NCBI GenBank assembly: GCA_963727905.1
Contig: CAVSIC010000005.1
Span: forward strand, 15,696-79,695
DNA length: 64,000 bases
Direction of reading: 5' to 3'
Origin: an uncultured Microthrixaceae bacterium
GTDB lineage: Bacteria > Actinomycetota > Acidimicrobiia > Acidimicrobiales > VFJN01
The position numbers and the translations under genes are program-made. This document shows, piece by piece, positions 56,041 to 64,000 of the stretch. The notes under the pieces are model-generated. The model had not been told where the DNA came from, ran no database searches, and worked only from the letters and a program-made list of their open reading frames with translations. Position 1 is the stretch's first letter. Every line of letters starts with the position of its first letter.

Positions 56041-56772
56041 CGGAGTCGCAGCTCGGCCCGGAGGGCACGGTGGTCCGAGCCGAGGTCGGCCAGCACCTCG
56101 GCCGACACGACCTCGACGGCGTCGGTGGTGAGGAGGTGGTCGATCCGGAAGGTCGGCCGCGAGGACGGGAACGTGGCGGAGCCCCGCTGGCGGCGCCAGC
56201 CCCGGGGGGTCATCGCGCTGATGCACCAGCCCCACATGTTCATGTCGCCGAGCAGCACGCCGGGCCGATCGGCCGGGACGAGGGCGCGGCGCAGCCCGGC
56301 GGAGTGCAGCGCCACCCCCATCTCGAGGTGGGCCATGTGCGTGCCGTGCACGCGCGACCTCCGTGCCGTCGACCTCGACGTCCACCCGGACCACGAACCG
56401 GTCGGACGGGTCGAGCAGGAGCCGGCGGAGCGGGTGGACCTCGGTGGCGGTCACCGGCAGCCGGGTGAGCACGGCGAGGCACCAGTCGCCCGCGCCCTTG
56501 GCCCGGCTCGGGTCGGCGTGGCTCACCACCTTGGGCTCGGGCTCGACCACGGCGCGGCCCATCGGCGCGACCGTGACGGAGGTGTAGCCGAGGGCCCCGG
56601 CCACGAGGTCGTGGTGGGCCGCGCCGTCGTCGGGCCGCCACGACTCCTGGAGGACCAGCACGTCGGCATCGATCCGCTTGGTCGCCTCGACCACGTCGAA
56701 CGGCGGGTAGTGCCGGGAGCGCGGGCCGAAGCCCCAGTGGACGTTGAACGACGCGACGGTCAGCTCAGCCAT
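56037..56772 (-). pseudogene. endonuclease/exonuclease/phosphatase (EEP) family protein, one frame break
   Basis: N-terminal part MAELTVASFNVHWGFG...VLVLQESW...VDVEVDGTEV. The frame changes near 56350 to RVHGTHMAHLEMGV...LLGDMNMW...RIDHLLT...SDHRALRAELRLR. Confidence 0.75.
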
Positions 56773-56777
56773 GTCGC

Positions 56778-57542
56778 TCAGCCATCCGCGGGCCACGGCT
56801 CGGCGGCGAGCCGGTCGATGCACTCGGGGAGCTCGGCGATGGAGTCGAGCACCGGGAACCGGTGGCGATCGGGCTCCGGTTCGGCGTGCTCGAGCGCCCA
56901 GGTGACGTGGTACGGCACGTGCACGGCGCGCGCGCCGAGCTCCAGGACGGGCAGCACGTCGCTGCGCACCGAGTTGCCGACCATCACGAACGAGCTCGGC
57001 TCGATGCCGTTGCGCTCGAGGACGCGGCGGTAGGTGGCCTCGTCCTTCTCCGACACGATCTCCACCGCCCAGAGGACCTCGGCCAGCCCCGAGCGGGCCA
57101 CCTTCGACTCCTGGTGGAGCAGGTCGCCCTTCGTGACGAGCATCACGCGGTAGCGGTCGGTGAGCACGTCGACCGCCTCGGCCACGCCGTCGAGCAGCTG
57201 CACGGGGTGGTCGAGCAGGGCCTTCCCGAGGTCGAGGATCTGCTGCACGGCCGAACCGGGGACGGCGCCGTCGGTGACGTCGATGGCCGTCTCCACGAGC
57301 GACAGGGTGAACGCCTTCACGCCGTAGCCGAACGAGCCGAGGTTGCGGTGCTCGACCTCCAGCAGGCGCTCGTCGAGCGCGTCGGCGGCGAGGTCGATGT
57401 GCGGGGCGAGCAGCTCGCGGAAGCGGTCCTGCGTCTCGACGAACAGCTGCTCGGAGTGCCAGAGGGTGTCGTCGCCGTCGAGGCCGATGACCTCGACCGA
57501 GCCGGTGCGGCCGGTGCCCGCCATCTGGCCCGAGGCCGTCAT
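56778..57542 (-). CDS. HAD-superfamily hydrolase
   Basis: 254-aa ORF (an alternative start 18 nt in is possible). Motif I LDGDDTLW (DxDxT) and late motif MVGNSVRSD. Confidence 0.8.
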   Translation of the reverse strand: MTASGQMAGTGRTGSVEVIGLDGDDTLWHSEQLFVETQDRFRELLAPHIDLAADALDERLLEVEHRNLGSFGYGVKAFTLSLVETAIDVTDGAVPGSAVQQILDLGKALLDHPVQLLDGVAEAVDVLTDRYRVMLVTKGDLLHQESKVARSGLAEVLWAVEIVSEKDEATYRRVLERNGIEPSSFVMVGNSVRSDVLPVLELGARAVHVPYHVTWALEHAEPEPDRHRFPVLDSIAELPECIDRLAAEPWPADG

Positions 57543-59028
57543 CGACCGGGGCGGCCGCCCACGCCGCCGCCTCGCGGCCGAGGTCGGTGGTGGGCGGCCC
57601 GCCGACGATCGGCCAGAGCTCCTCGGAGATGCGGCGCCAGTTCGCGGTGGCGTGGAGCTGGCCGAAGATCGCGTAGAGGCCGAGGTTGATGCGCTGGATG
57701 ATGACGAACGCGGGCGGCACGTTGGCGGCCTTCATGATGTCGCCGTAGGGCCCGCTGGTGTCGAAGAACCGGCGCACGGTCTCCGATGCGTACTCCGAGG
57801 TGATCGTGGCGGTCTCGTCGCGGAGGACGAAGTCGTAGAAGTGCCCGAAGTAGTCCTCGATCTGCTCGTCGGTGAACCCGGCCGCCGCCCGGGAGCATGC
57901 CGACGTCGGTGATGATCTGGCGGTAGCGGGGGATGTCGTGGTCGAGGACCATCGCCTGGATCATCGACTCGAGGATCGTGATCTCGTCGCCGGTGAACCG
58001 CTTCACCAGGCCGAAGTCGAGGAACGTCACCTGGCCGCCGGGCCGGAACAGGTAGTTGCCGGGGTGCGGGTCGCCGTTGAACGCGTGCAGCCGGTAGAGG
58101 CTGCCGAACACGAACCGGAAGATGGCCTCGGCGGCCAGGTCGCGCTCGGCCTGGCGTCCAGGTCTCCATCTCGTCGAAGCGGACACCCTCGGCCAGCTCG
58201 GTGGTGAGGACGCGCTCGCCGCAGAGCTCGCTCGACGACGTCGGGCACGTGGATGAACGGGTGGTCGCGGTAGTAGTCGGCGAAGAGCTGCTGGTTGTCG
58301 GCCTCGAGCCGGTAGTCGAGCTCCTCGACCAGGCGGTCCCGCAGCTCCTCCACGAGCGGTCCGGGCTCGAGGCCCGGGAACAGCATCCCCATCGCGCCGA
58401 AGAGGAGGCCGGCGTTGTCGAGGTCGGCCCGGATGGCGTCGCCGACGCCGGGGTACTGCACCTTGACGGCCACGGCCCGGCCGTCGTGGGTGATGGCCCG
58501 GTGGACCTGGCCGATCGACGCCGACGCGATCGGGCACCGGGTCCCACTCGGCGAACACGCTCCTCCGGGGCGGCGCCGAGGTCCTCGGCCGACGACCTGC
58601 GCGGCCAGCTCGGCCGACATGGGCGGGGCGTTGGCCTGCAGCTCGGCGAGCGCCTCCCGCACCTGGGGCGGCATGCCCTGGTCGAGGTAGCTGGCCATCT
58701 GGCCGAGCTTCATCATGGCGCCCTTCATGTTGCCGAGCGCCTCGGTGATGGCCTCCGCCGTCTGGAGCTCGAACGCGGCGTCGAGCTCGACCTGGCGCTC
58801 GGCCGAGGCGAACGCCCGCCGGGCCCGGTGCAGCGCGTACTGGCCGCCGGCCTTGGCCCCGACGCCGGCCAGCGCCGCGTTGCGCGCGCCGCGGCTGGTG
58901 CCGCTGACGGGGCCGTCCGGGGCCTTCGCCTCCTCGGCTCGCCGGCGGGCCTCCTGCACGGCGAGGGCCCCGGCGGTGGCGGCGGCCACCACCCCGAGCA
59001 CCTTCGCGACGGTACGGGCCTTCGGCAT
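57539..59028 (-). pseudogene. ABC1/UbiB-family atypical kinase, at least 5 frame breaks
   Basis: ATG 59028 (MPKARTVAKVLGVVAAA...). MKLGQMASYLDQGMP, ASASIGQVHRAITHDGRAVAVKVQYPGV, ELCGERVLTTELAEGVRFDE, AFNGDPHPGNYLFRPGGQVTFLDFGLV and VPPAFVIIQRINLGLYAI are spread over three frames. Its true stop is unclear as sequenced. Confidence 0.75.
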
Positions 59029-59148
59029 GGCAGCCGAGCGTACTACGGCGCATACAGTCCCCGCATGAGCGAGCGAAGCGAGCGAATCATGTTCAGCTGC
59101 ATTGCCCGGCACGAAGTGCCGAGCTACCGTGCGTCCGAAGGGCGCACC

Positions 59149-59675
59149 GTGAGCGACGTCGACGCCTCAACCTGGCCCTGCTCGTGCTGCGCTGCGCCAT
59201 CGGCGCGGTGATGCTGGCCCACGGCATCAACCACATCTTCCGCGGCGGGAAGATCGCCGGCACCGGCCGCTGGTTCGAGAGCCTCGGCATGAAGCCGGGC
59301 GATCGTCCACGCCTGGTTCGCCAGCCTGGCCGAGGTCGGCGGCGGGGCCATGCTGGTCCTCGGCCTCGTCACCCCGCTGGCGGCGTCGGCCGTGATCGGC
59401 ACGATGTTCGTGGCCTTCATCACCAACCACCGCGGCAACGGCTACTTCATCTTCCGGCCGGGCGAGGGCTGGGAGTACGTGATGACGCTGGTGCTCGTCG
59501 GCTTCGCCGTCGCCGTGATCGGCGCGGGGGAGTGGTCGCTCGACCAGGCCCTCGACATCCGCGACGACCTCCATCGGGCGTCACCGGCCTCGTGATCGCG
59601 CTGGTCGCCGGCTTCGGCGGCGCGGTCGCCCTCCTGGTCGGCTTCTGGCGCCCGCCGCCGAAGTCCGCCGACTGA
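59149..59675 (+). pseudogene. DoxX-family membrane protein, about 3 frame breaks
   Basis: GTG 59149 (or an in-frame ATG at 59065). Pieces: NLALLVLRCAIGAVMLAHGINHIFRGGKIAGTGRWFESLGMKPG; IVHAWFASLAEVGGGAMLVLGLVTPLAASAVIGTMFVAFITNH...; GVTGLVIALVAGFGGAVALLVGFW. Breaks near 59168, 59300 and 59580. Confidence 0.7.
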
Positions 59676-59679
59676 GGCG

Positions 59680-60580
59680 TCAGCCGTCGGCGCGGTCGGC
59701 GGCGGCGACGAGGTGGCGGGCCACCGCGTGCGCGCCGCGCGGCGCGAGCACGATCGAGTAGTGGTTCGTGTTGTCCACGAGCATCTCGAGGCGGATCGGC
59801 CAACGGGTCCGCAGCGGGTCGATGAGCTCGTCGGGCAGCAGCGGCGGCACCTGGTTGAGGAGCCCTCGCGGAGCCCGCAGCAGGACCGTGGGCTGGGTGA
59901 GGTCGAACACGGCCCGGCGCACCTCGCGGTCGATGAGCAGCTCGGTGCCGTCGAAGCGCACGGCCTCGAGCGACGCCGACGAGCGCAGCTCCGGCGCTTC
60001 GCCCACGAGGTCGTGGTCGAGCCACGCCTCGGTGTCCTCGTTCCACGCACCGGGCTCCACGAGGGCGGGGTGGTCGCGCCAGAAGGCGTGGTACGCCTCG
60101 CGGTGCTCGAAGGTCATCTCGAGCCGGGCCAGGGCCGGGCCGAGGACCCCGGCCAGCATGGCGTCGGGGTCGACGCCGTCGGGCAGCGGGAGGGGGACGC
60201 CGCCGTCGACGAGGACCACGGAGGACCAGCGCTTCGGGTTCGAGGTGGCCGCCACTGCGGCGACGTAGGCCCCCATCGAGTGACCGGCCAGCACCGCCCG
60301 ATCCACGGCGAGGTGGTCGAGCACGGCCACGAGGTCGTCGGCATGGGCCCGCATGCCGAACGGGCCCGGCAGGTCGGCGGAGCCGCCCCGGCCCCGCAGG
60401 TCGGGCGCGATGAGCGTGACGTCGTCGTCGAGCACCCGGGCCACGCCTTGCCAGGACCGGTGGTTCCCCGTGATGCCGTGCGCGGCCACGCACCACGTGT
60501 GGCCCCTCGCCCCACGCGCCCACGTGCAGGGTCCCCCCAGCAACCGGGACGTCGAGCTCCTCGTACGGCTCCAACGGCAT
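59680..60580 (-). pseudogene. alpha/beta-fold hydrolase, one frame break
   Basis: MPLEPYEELDVPVAGGTLHVGAWGEGPHVV, then a frame change near 60490 to ...AAHGITGNHRSW...LAGHSMGAYVA (GxSxG)...NTNHYSI. Confidence 0.75.
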
Positions 60581-60599
60581 CGCCCGACGACCGTAGACG

Positions 60600-61865
60600 C
60601 TATCCGATGACGCCGTCGTCCCGGAGCTTGGTGAGGTCGGCGGCGCTGAGGCCGAGCTCGGCGGCGAGGACCTCGTCGGTGTGCTCGCCGAGCCAGGGGA
60701 CCCGCGTCTCGGGGCCCTCGGCGACGCCGCTGAGCTTCACGGGGTTGCCGGGCACGAGGACCGGCTGCTCGACGCCGTCGGTGCGGGGGACCTCGACGAG
60801 CATCGAGCGGGCGGCGACGTGCGGGTCGGCCACGACCTCGTCGTCGGTGACGCACGGGCCGGCGGCGATGCCGGCGGCGGAGAGCGCCTCGCAGGCCTGG
60901 AGGCGGGTCTTGTCCGCGGCCCAGCCCTCGATGGCGGGGCGGAGCACGTCCTCGAGGTGGTCGATCCAGCCCTGGCGCTCGGCGAAGCGCGGGTCGGTGG
61001 CCAGCTCGGGCTCGGCCGATGAGGTCCACCAGCGTGGCGAACTGCGGCTCGCGGCCCGACCTGCACGATGAACCACCCGTCGGAGGCACGGAACCCGTGC
61101 ATGATCAGCGGGGCGAGGTCGCCGCCCTCGAGGCCGAGCGACCAGAAGTTCGTGACGATGTCGGTCATCGCCACCATGGCGTCGAGCATCGCGATGTCGA
61201 CGTGCTGGCCGCTGGCCGGTGGCGTCGCGCTGGCGGAGCGCGGCGAGCACGCCGATCACCGCGTAGAGGCCGGAGCCGATGTCGCCGAGCGCGCCGACCG
61301 GTGCCGACGACGGGCGGGTCGTCGCCCTGCCGCTTGAACTCGTAGATGCCGGACATCGCCTCGACGATCGGGGCGAACGCCGGCCACGAGTCGTACGGCG
61401 ACCGTTTGCCGTCGGCGTCGGGCCGGTTCCCGAAGCCGGACACCGAGAGGTAGACGACCGTCGGGTGGACGGCGACGAGGTCGTCGAAGCCGAGGCCCAG
61501 GCGGGCCATGGCTCCGGCCTTCGAGTTCTCCGCCACGATGTCGAAGCGCGGGGCCAGGCGGAGCACGAGGTCCCGGCCGGCATCGGACTTCAGGTCGATG
61601 CCGATGCTGCGCTTGTTGAGGTTGTTGCGCAGGAACGTGGCGCCGACCGAGCGGCCCGTCGGGGTCGGTCATCGCGGGGAGCGAGCCGCGGCCGAGGTCG
61701 CCCCCCTTCGGGTGCTCGACCTTCACGACGTCGGCGCCGAGGCGGGCCAGGAGCTGCGTGGCGTAGGGGAGCGCCTGCATCTGCTCGAGGGCGAGGATGC
61801 GCACGCCGTCGAGCGGCTTGCCCGCGCCGGCGGCGCTGCGGGTTGGCGATGTCTCCGAGGCGCAT
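60600..61865 (-). pseudogene. CoA-transferase family III (CaiB/BaiF-type), at least 5 frame breaks
   Basis: PLDGVRILALEQMQALPYATQLLARLGADVVKVEHP, LAPRFDIVAENSKAGAMARLGLGFDDL, VVYLSVSGFG, GDIGSGLYAVIGVLAAL and LGEHTDEVLAAELGLSAADLTKLRDDGVIG are recovered from three frames. Confidence 0.75.
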
Positions 61866-61891
61866 GGGCCGCACGGTAGTGGGGTGCAGCG

Positions 61892-61914
61892 GAATGTGAC
61901 GACCCGTCAGATTC
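61892..61914. promoter_or_regulatory. near-perfect inverted repeat GAATGTGACG-ACC-CGTCAGATTC in a divergent intergenic region (candidate operator)
   Basis: 9 of 10 arm positions are complementary, read directly. It lies between the CoA-transferase start (61865) and the GTG at 61933. Confidence 0.35.
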
Positions 61915-61932
61915 CGCCATAGCCTGCCGGAT

Positions 61933-63337
61933 GTGACCCGAGGGATCGTCAGCGCCGCGGCCTACCTGCCCCACCGGCGGCTCGACCGCTCGACCATCGC
62001 CGCGGTGGCCGGAGGCGGGGGCGGCAAGGGCACCCGCACGGTGGCCGGCTACGACGAGGACACCACCACGATGGGCGTGGAGGCCGGTCGCCTCGCCCTG
62101 CGCCGCGGTCGGCGCCGACGCCATCGACGCGCTGTGGTTCTCCACCGTCGCCCCGGCCTACGCCGACAAGACCAACGCCACCACGGTCCACGCCGCCCTC
62201 CGCCTCCCGCGCGAATCGCCGGCCTTCGACGCCAACGGCGCCGTGCGCTCCGCCGTGGGCGCGCTGCGGGCCACGCTCGGCGGCACCGGCACCCACCTCG
62301 TGGTGAGCGCCGACCTCCGCAGCGGCCTGGCCGGCGGCCCCGACGAGGCCGACGTTCGGCGACGCCGCCGCCGCGCTGGTCGTCGGCGACGGCACCGACG
62401 AGCCCCGGTGATCGCCGAGGTGATCGGCAAGGGCGGCGCCACCGAGGAGTTCCTCGACCGCTGGCGGGCGCCCGGCCAGGTCCGCTCCAAGGTGTGGGAG
62501 GAGCGCTTCGGGGAGACCCGCTACGTGCCGCTCGGCCAGGCCGCCTGGGACGACGCGCTGAAGCACGCCGGGCTCGTGGCCGACCAGGTCGACCGCGTGG
62601 TCATCACCGGCACCCACGGCCGGGCCAACGCGGCGCTCGCCAAGAAGCTCGGCGTGGGCGAGCGCTACGTCGGCGACGCTCACCGACATGGTCGGCAACA
62701 CCGGCGCCGCCCACCCGGCCCTGCTGCTCACCGGTCGCTCGAGCGCCTCGTCGACGAGGCGGCGCCGGCGGGTCAGGTGATCGCGCTGGTCGTGCTCGCC
62801 GACGGCGCCGACGTGCTGCTCTTCCGGACCACCGAGGCGCTCGCGTCGTGGCCGGTCGCTCGGCCCGTGACGGAGCAGGCTGCGGGACCGGCGCTCCGAT
62901 CGACTACGGCACCTACCTCCGCTGGCGCGGCCTGCTCCCCGTCGAGCCGCCGCGCCGACCCGAGCCGGCCCGACCGTCCGCCAGCGCCGCCGGCCGCTCC
63001 AGCGACTGGAAGTTCGGCTTCGTCGGCTCGGCCGACGCCGACGGCGAGGTCCACCTCCCGCCGCAGCCGGGCGACGGCACCGCGGTGCCCATGGCCGACG
63101 CCGTCGGCACGATCGTCACCTCCACGATCGACCGCCTCGCCTACTCGCCGAGCCCGCCGGTCGTGTTCGCCGTGGTCGACTTCGACGGCGGCGGCCGCCT
63201 GCCCGTGGAGCTCACCGACGTGGACGACCTCGAGCGGGTCAAGGCCGGCGCCCGCGTGGAGCTGACGTTCCGCAAGCTCTTCACCGCCGACGACATCCAC
63301 AACTACTTCTGGAAGGCACGGTTGCTCCGATGGGTAG
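61933..63337 (+). pseudogene. HMG-CoA-synthase/KAS-III-like domain fused to a DUF35 OB-fold domain, at least 4 frame breaks
   Basis: MTRGIVSAAAYLPHRRLDRSTIAA...GYDEDTTTMGVEAG, ALWFSTVAPAYADKTNATTVHAAL and FGDAAAALVVGDG...GATEEFLDRWR...VVITGTHGRAN are HMGS-like. The C-terminal ...TIVTSTIDRLAYSPSPPVVFAVVDFDGGGRLPVELTD...VELTFRKLF is DUF35-like. The end coordinate is uncertain. Confidence 0.6.
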
Positions 63338-64000
63338 CCACGGGATCAAGGACCGCGTCGCCATCGTCGGGATGGGCTGCACGCCCTTCGCCGAGCACTG
63401 GGACAAGGGCCTCGACGATCTCCTCGTCGACGCCACCGGCGAGGCGTTCGCCTCCGCCGGCGTCACCAAGGACGACGTCGACGCCTACTGGCTCGGCACC
63501 GCCCAGGGCGGCATGTCGGGGATGCTCCTGTCGAAGCCGCTGCAGCTCGAGGGCAAGCCCGTCACCCGCGTGGAGAACATGTGCGCCACCGGCTCCGAGG
63601 CGCTGCGCCAGGCCGCCTACGCCGTGGCCTCCGGCGCCTACGACCTCGCCATGGCCGTCGGCGTCGAGAAGGTGAAGGACTCCGGGCTACCAGGGCCTCA
63701 ACGCGTTCCCGGTGCCCGGCCGACGGCACGCAGCGCACGCTCACCGCCGCCGCGATGTTCTCGATGGTCGCCCCGGCCTACGCCGAGCGCTACGGCGTGC
63801 CGATGGACGAGCTCAAGGCCGTGCTCGCCCGCATCGCGTCGAAGAACCACTTCAACGGCGCCCGCAACCCGCGGGCCCAGTTCCGCCGCGAGATGTCGGT
63901 GGAGCAGATCCTCAAGATGCCGAACGTGGCCGGCGACCTCTCGGTGTTCGACTGCGCGGGCGTGGCCGACGGGCGGCGGCGGCGATCGTGTGCCGGGCCG
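63330..64000 (+). pseudogene. thiolase-fold (SCP-x/Ltp-type) protein, 5' part, frame broken; continues past the window
   Basis: MGSHGIKDRVAIVGMGCTPFAEHWDKGLDDLLVDA...VTRVENMCATGSEALRQAAYAVASGAYDLAMAVGVEKVKDSG, then a frame change near 63690 to ...MFSMVAPAYAERYGVPMDELKAVLARIASKNHFNGARNP. Confidence 0.7.

Noticed and set aside
55519-57777. 752-aa minus-strand track ORF spanning the phosphatase-to-ABC1 region
   Set aside because: Only its last 173 codons (the LMW-PTP) and short internal stretches coincide with real genes. The rest is an open frame running through the EEP and HAD genes, which are read in other frames.

Overview
Very high-G+C, actinobacterial-type chromosomal segment with about 60 protein genes and one tRNA-Glu. 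No rRNA, CRISPR array, transposase or integrase is visible. Most of the content is ordinary: a five-gene peptide/nickel-type ABC importer operon (3.5-9.2 kb), three type-I ABC exporters (two half-transporter genes at 13.8-17.4 kb and one fused 1256-aa gene at 30.2-33.9 kb), TetR, MocR and PAS-REC-LuxR regulators, and many acyl-CoA enzymes (ligases, thiolase/DUF35 pairs, CoA-transferases, a hydratase). Partner-switching parts are unusually dense: three STAS proteins, three or four RsbW-like proteins, one group-3 sigma factor and one GAF-ANTAR protein. The standout feature is at 20.7-28.3 kb, next to tRNA-Glu and a PIN/RHH toxin-antitoxin-like pair. It is a single reading unit of about 7.6 kb (about 2500 aa). 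It starts with a Sec signal peptide and ends with an LPRTG cell-wall sorting signal. It is built from about 14 copies of a roughly 90-aa Gly/Asn/Thr/Ser/Ala module that I cannot assign to a named family. In its central part the modules are separated by PGRS-like GGAGGxGG spacers, plus one collagen-like stretch. A second, window-wide observation is that many genes are broken by frameshifts only; I did not need any in-frame stop codon to explain a break. These breaks cluster in four blocks (about 4.3-8.6 kb, 22.4-26.5 kb, one at 49.46 kb, and 56.3-64 kb), while about 23 kb in between is intact. That pattern points to locally unpolished sequence more than to real gene decay. I label the affected genes as pseudogenes purely as a description of the sequence as given. 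Several small regulatory architectures are readable directly: perfect palindromes at TetR genes, TAnnnT boxes 6-7 nt before start codons (suggesting leaderless mRNAs), two pairs of divergent promoters with overlapping -10 boxes, and a GTTT-N15-GGGTA sigmaB/F-type promoter in front of an RsbW-like gene. All family calls come from motif recognition by eye; no searches were run.
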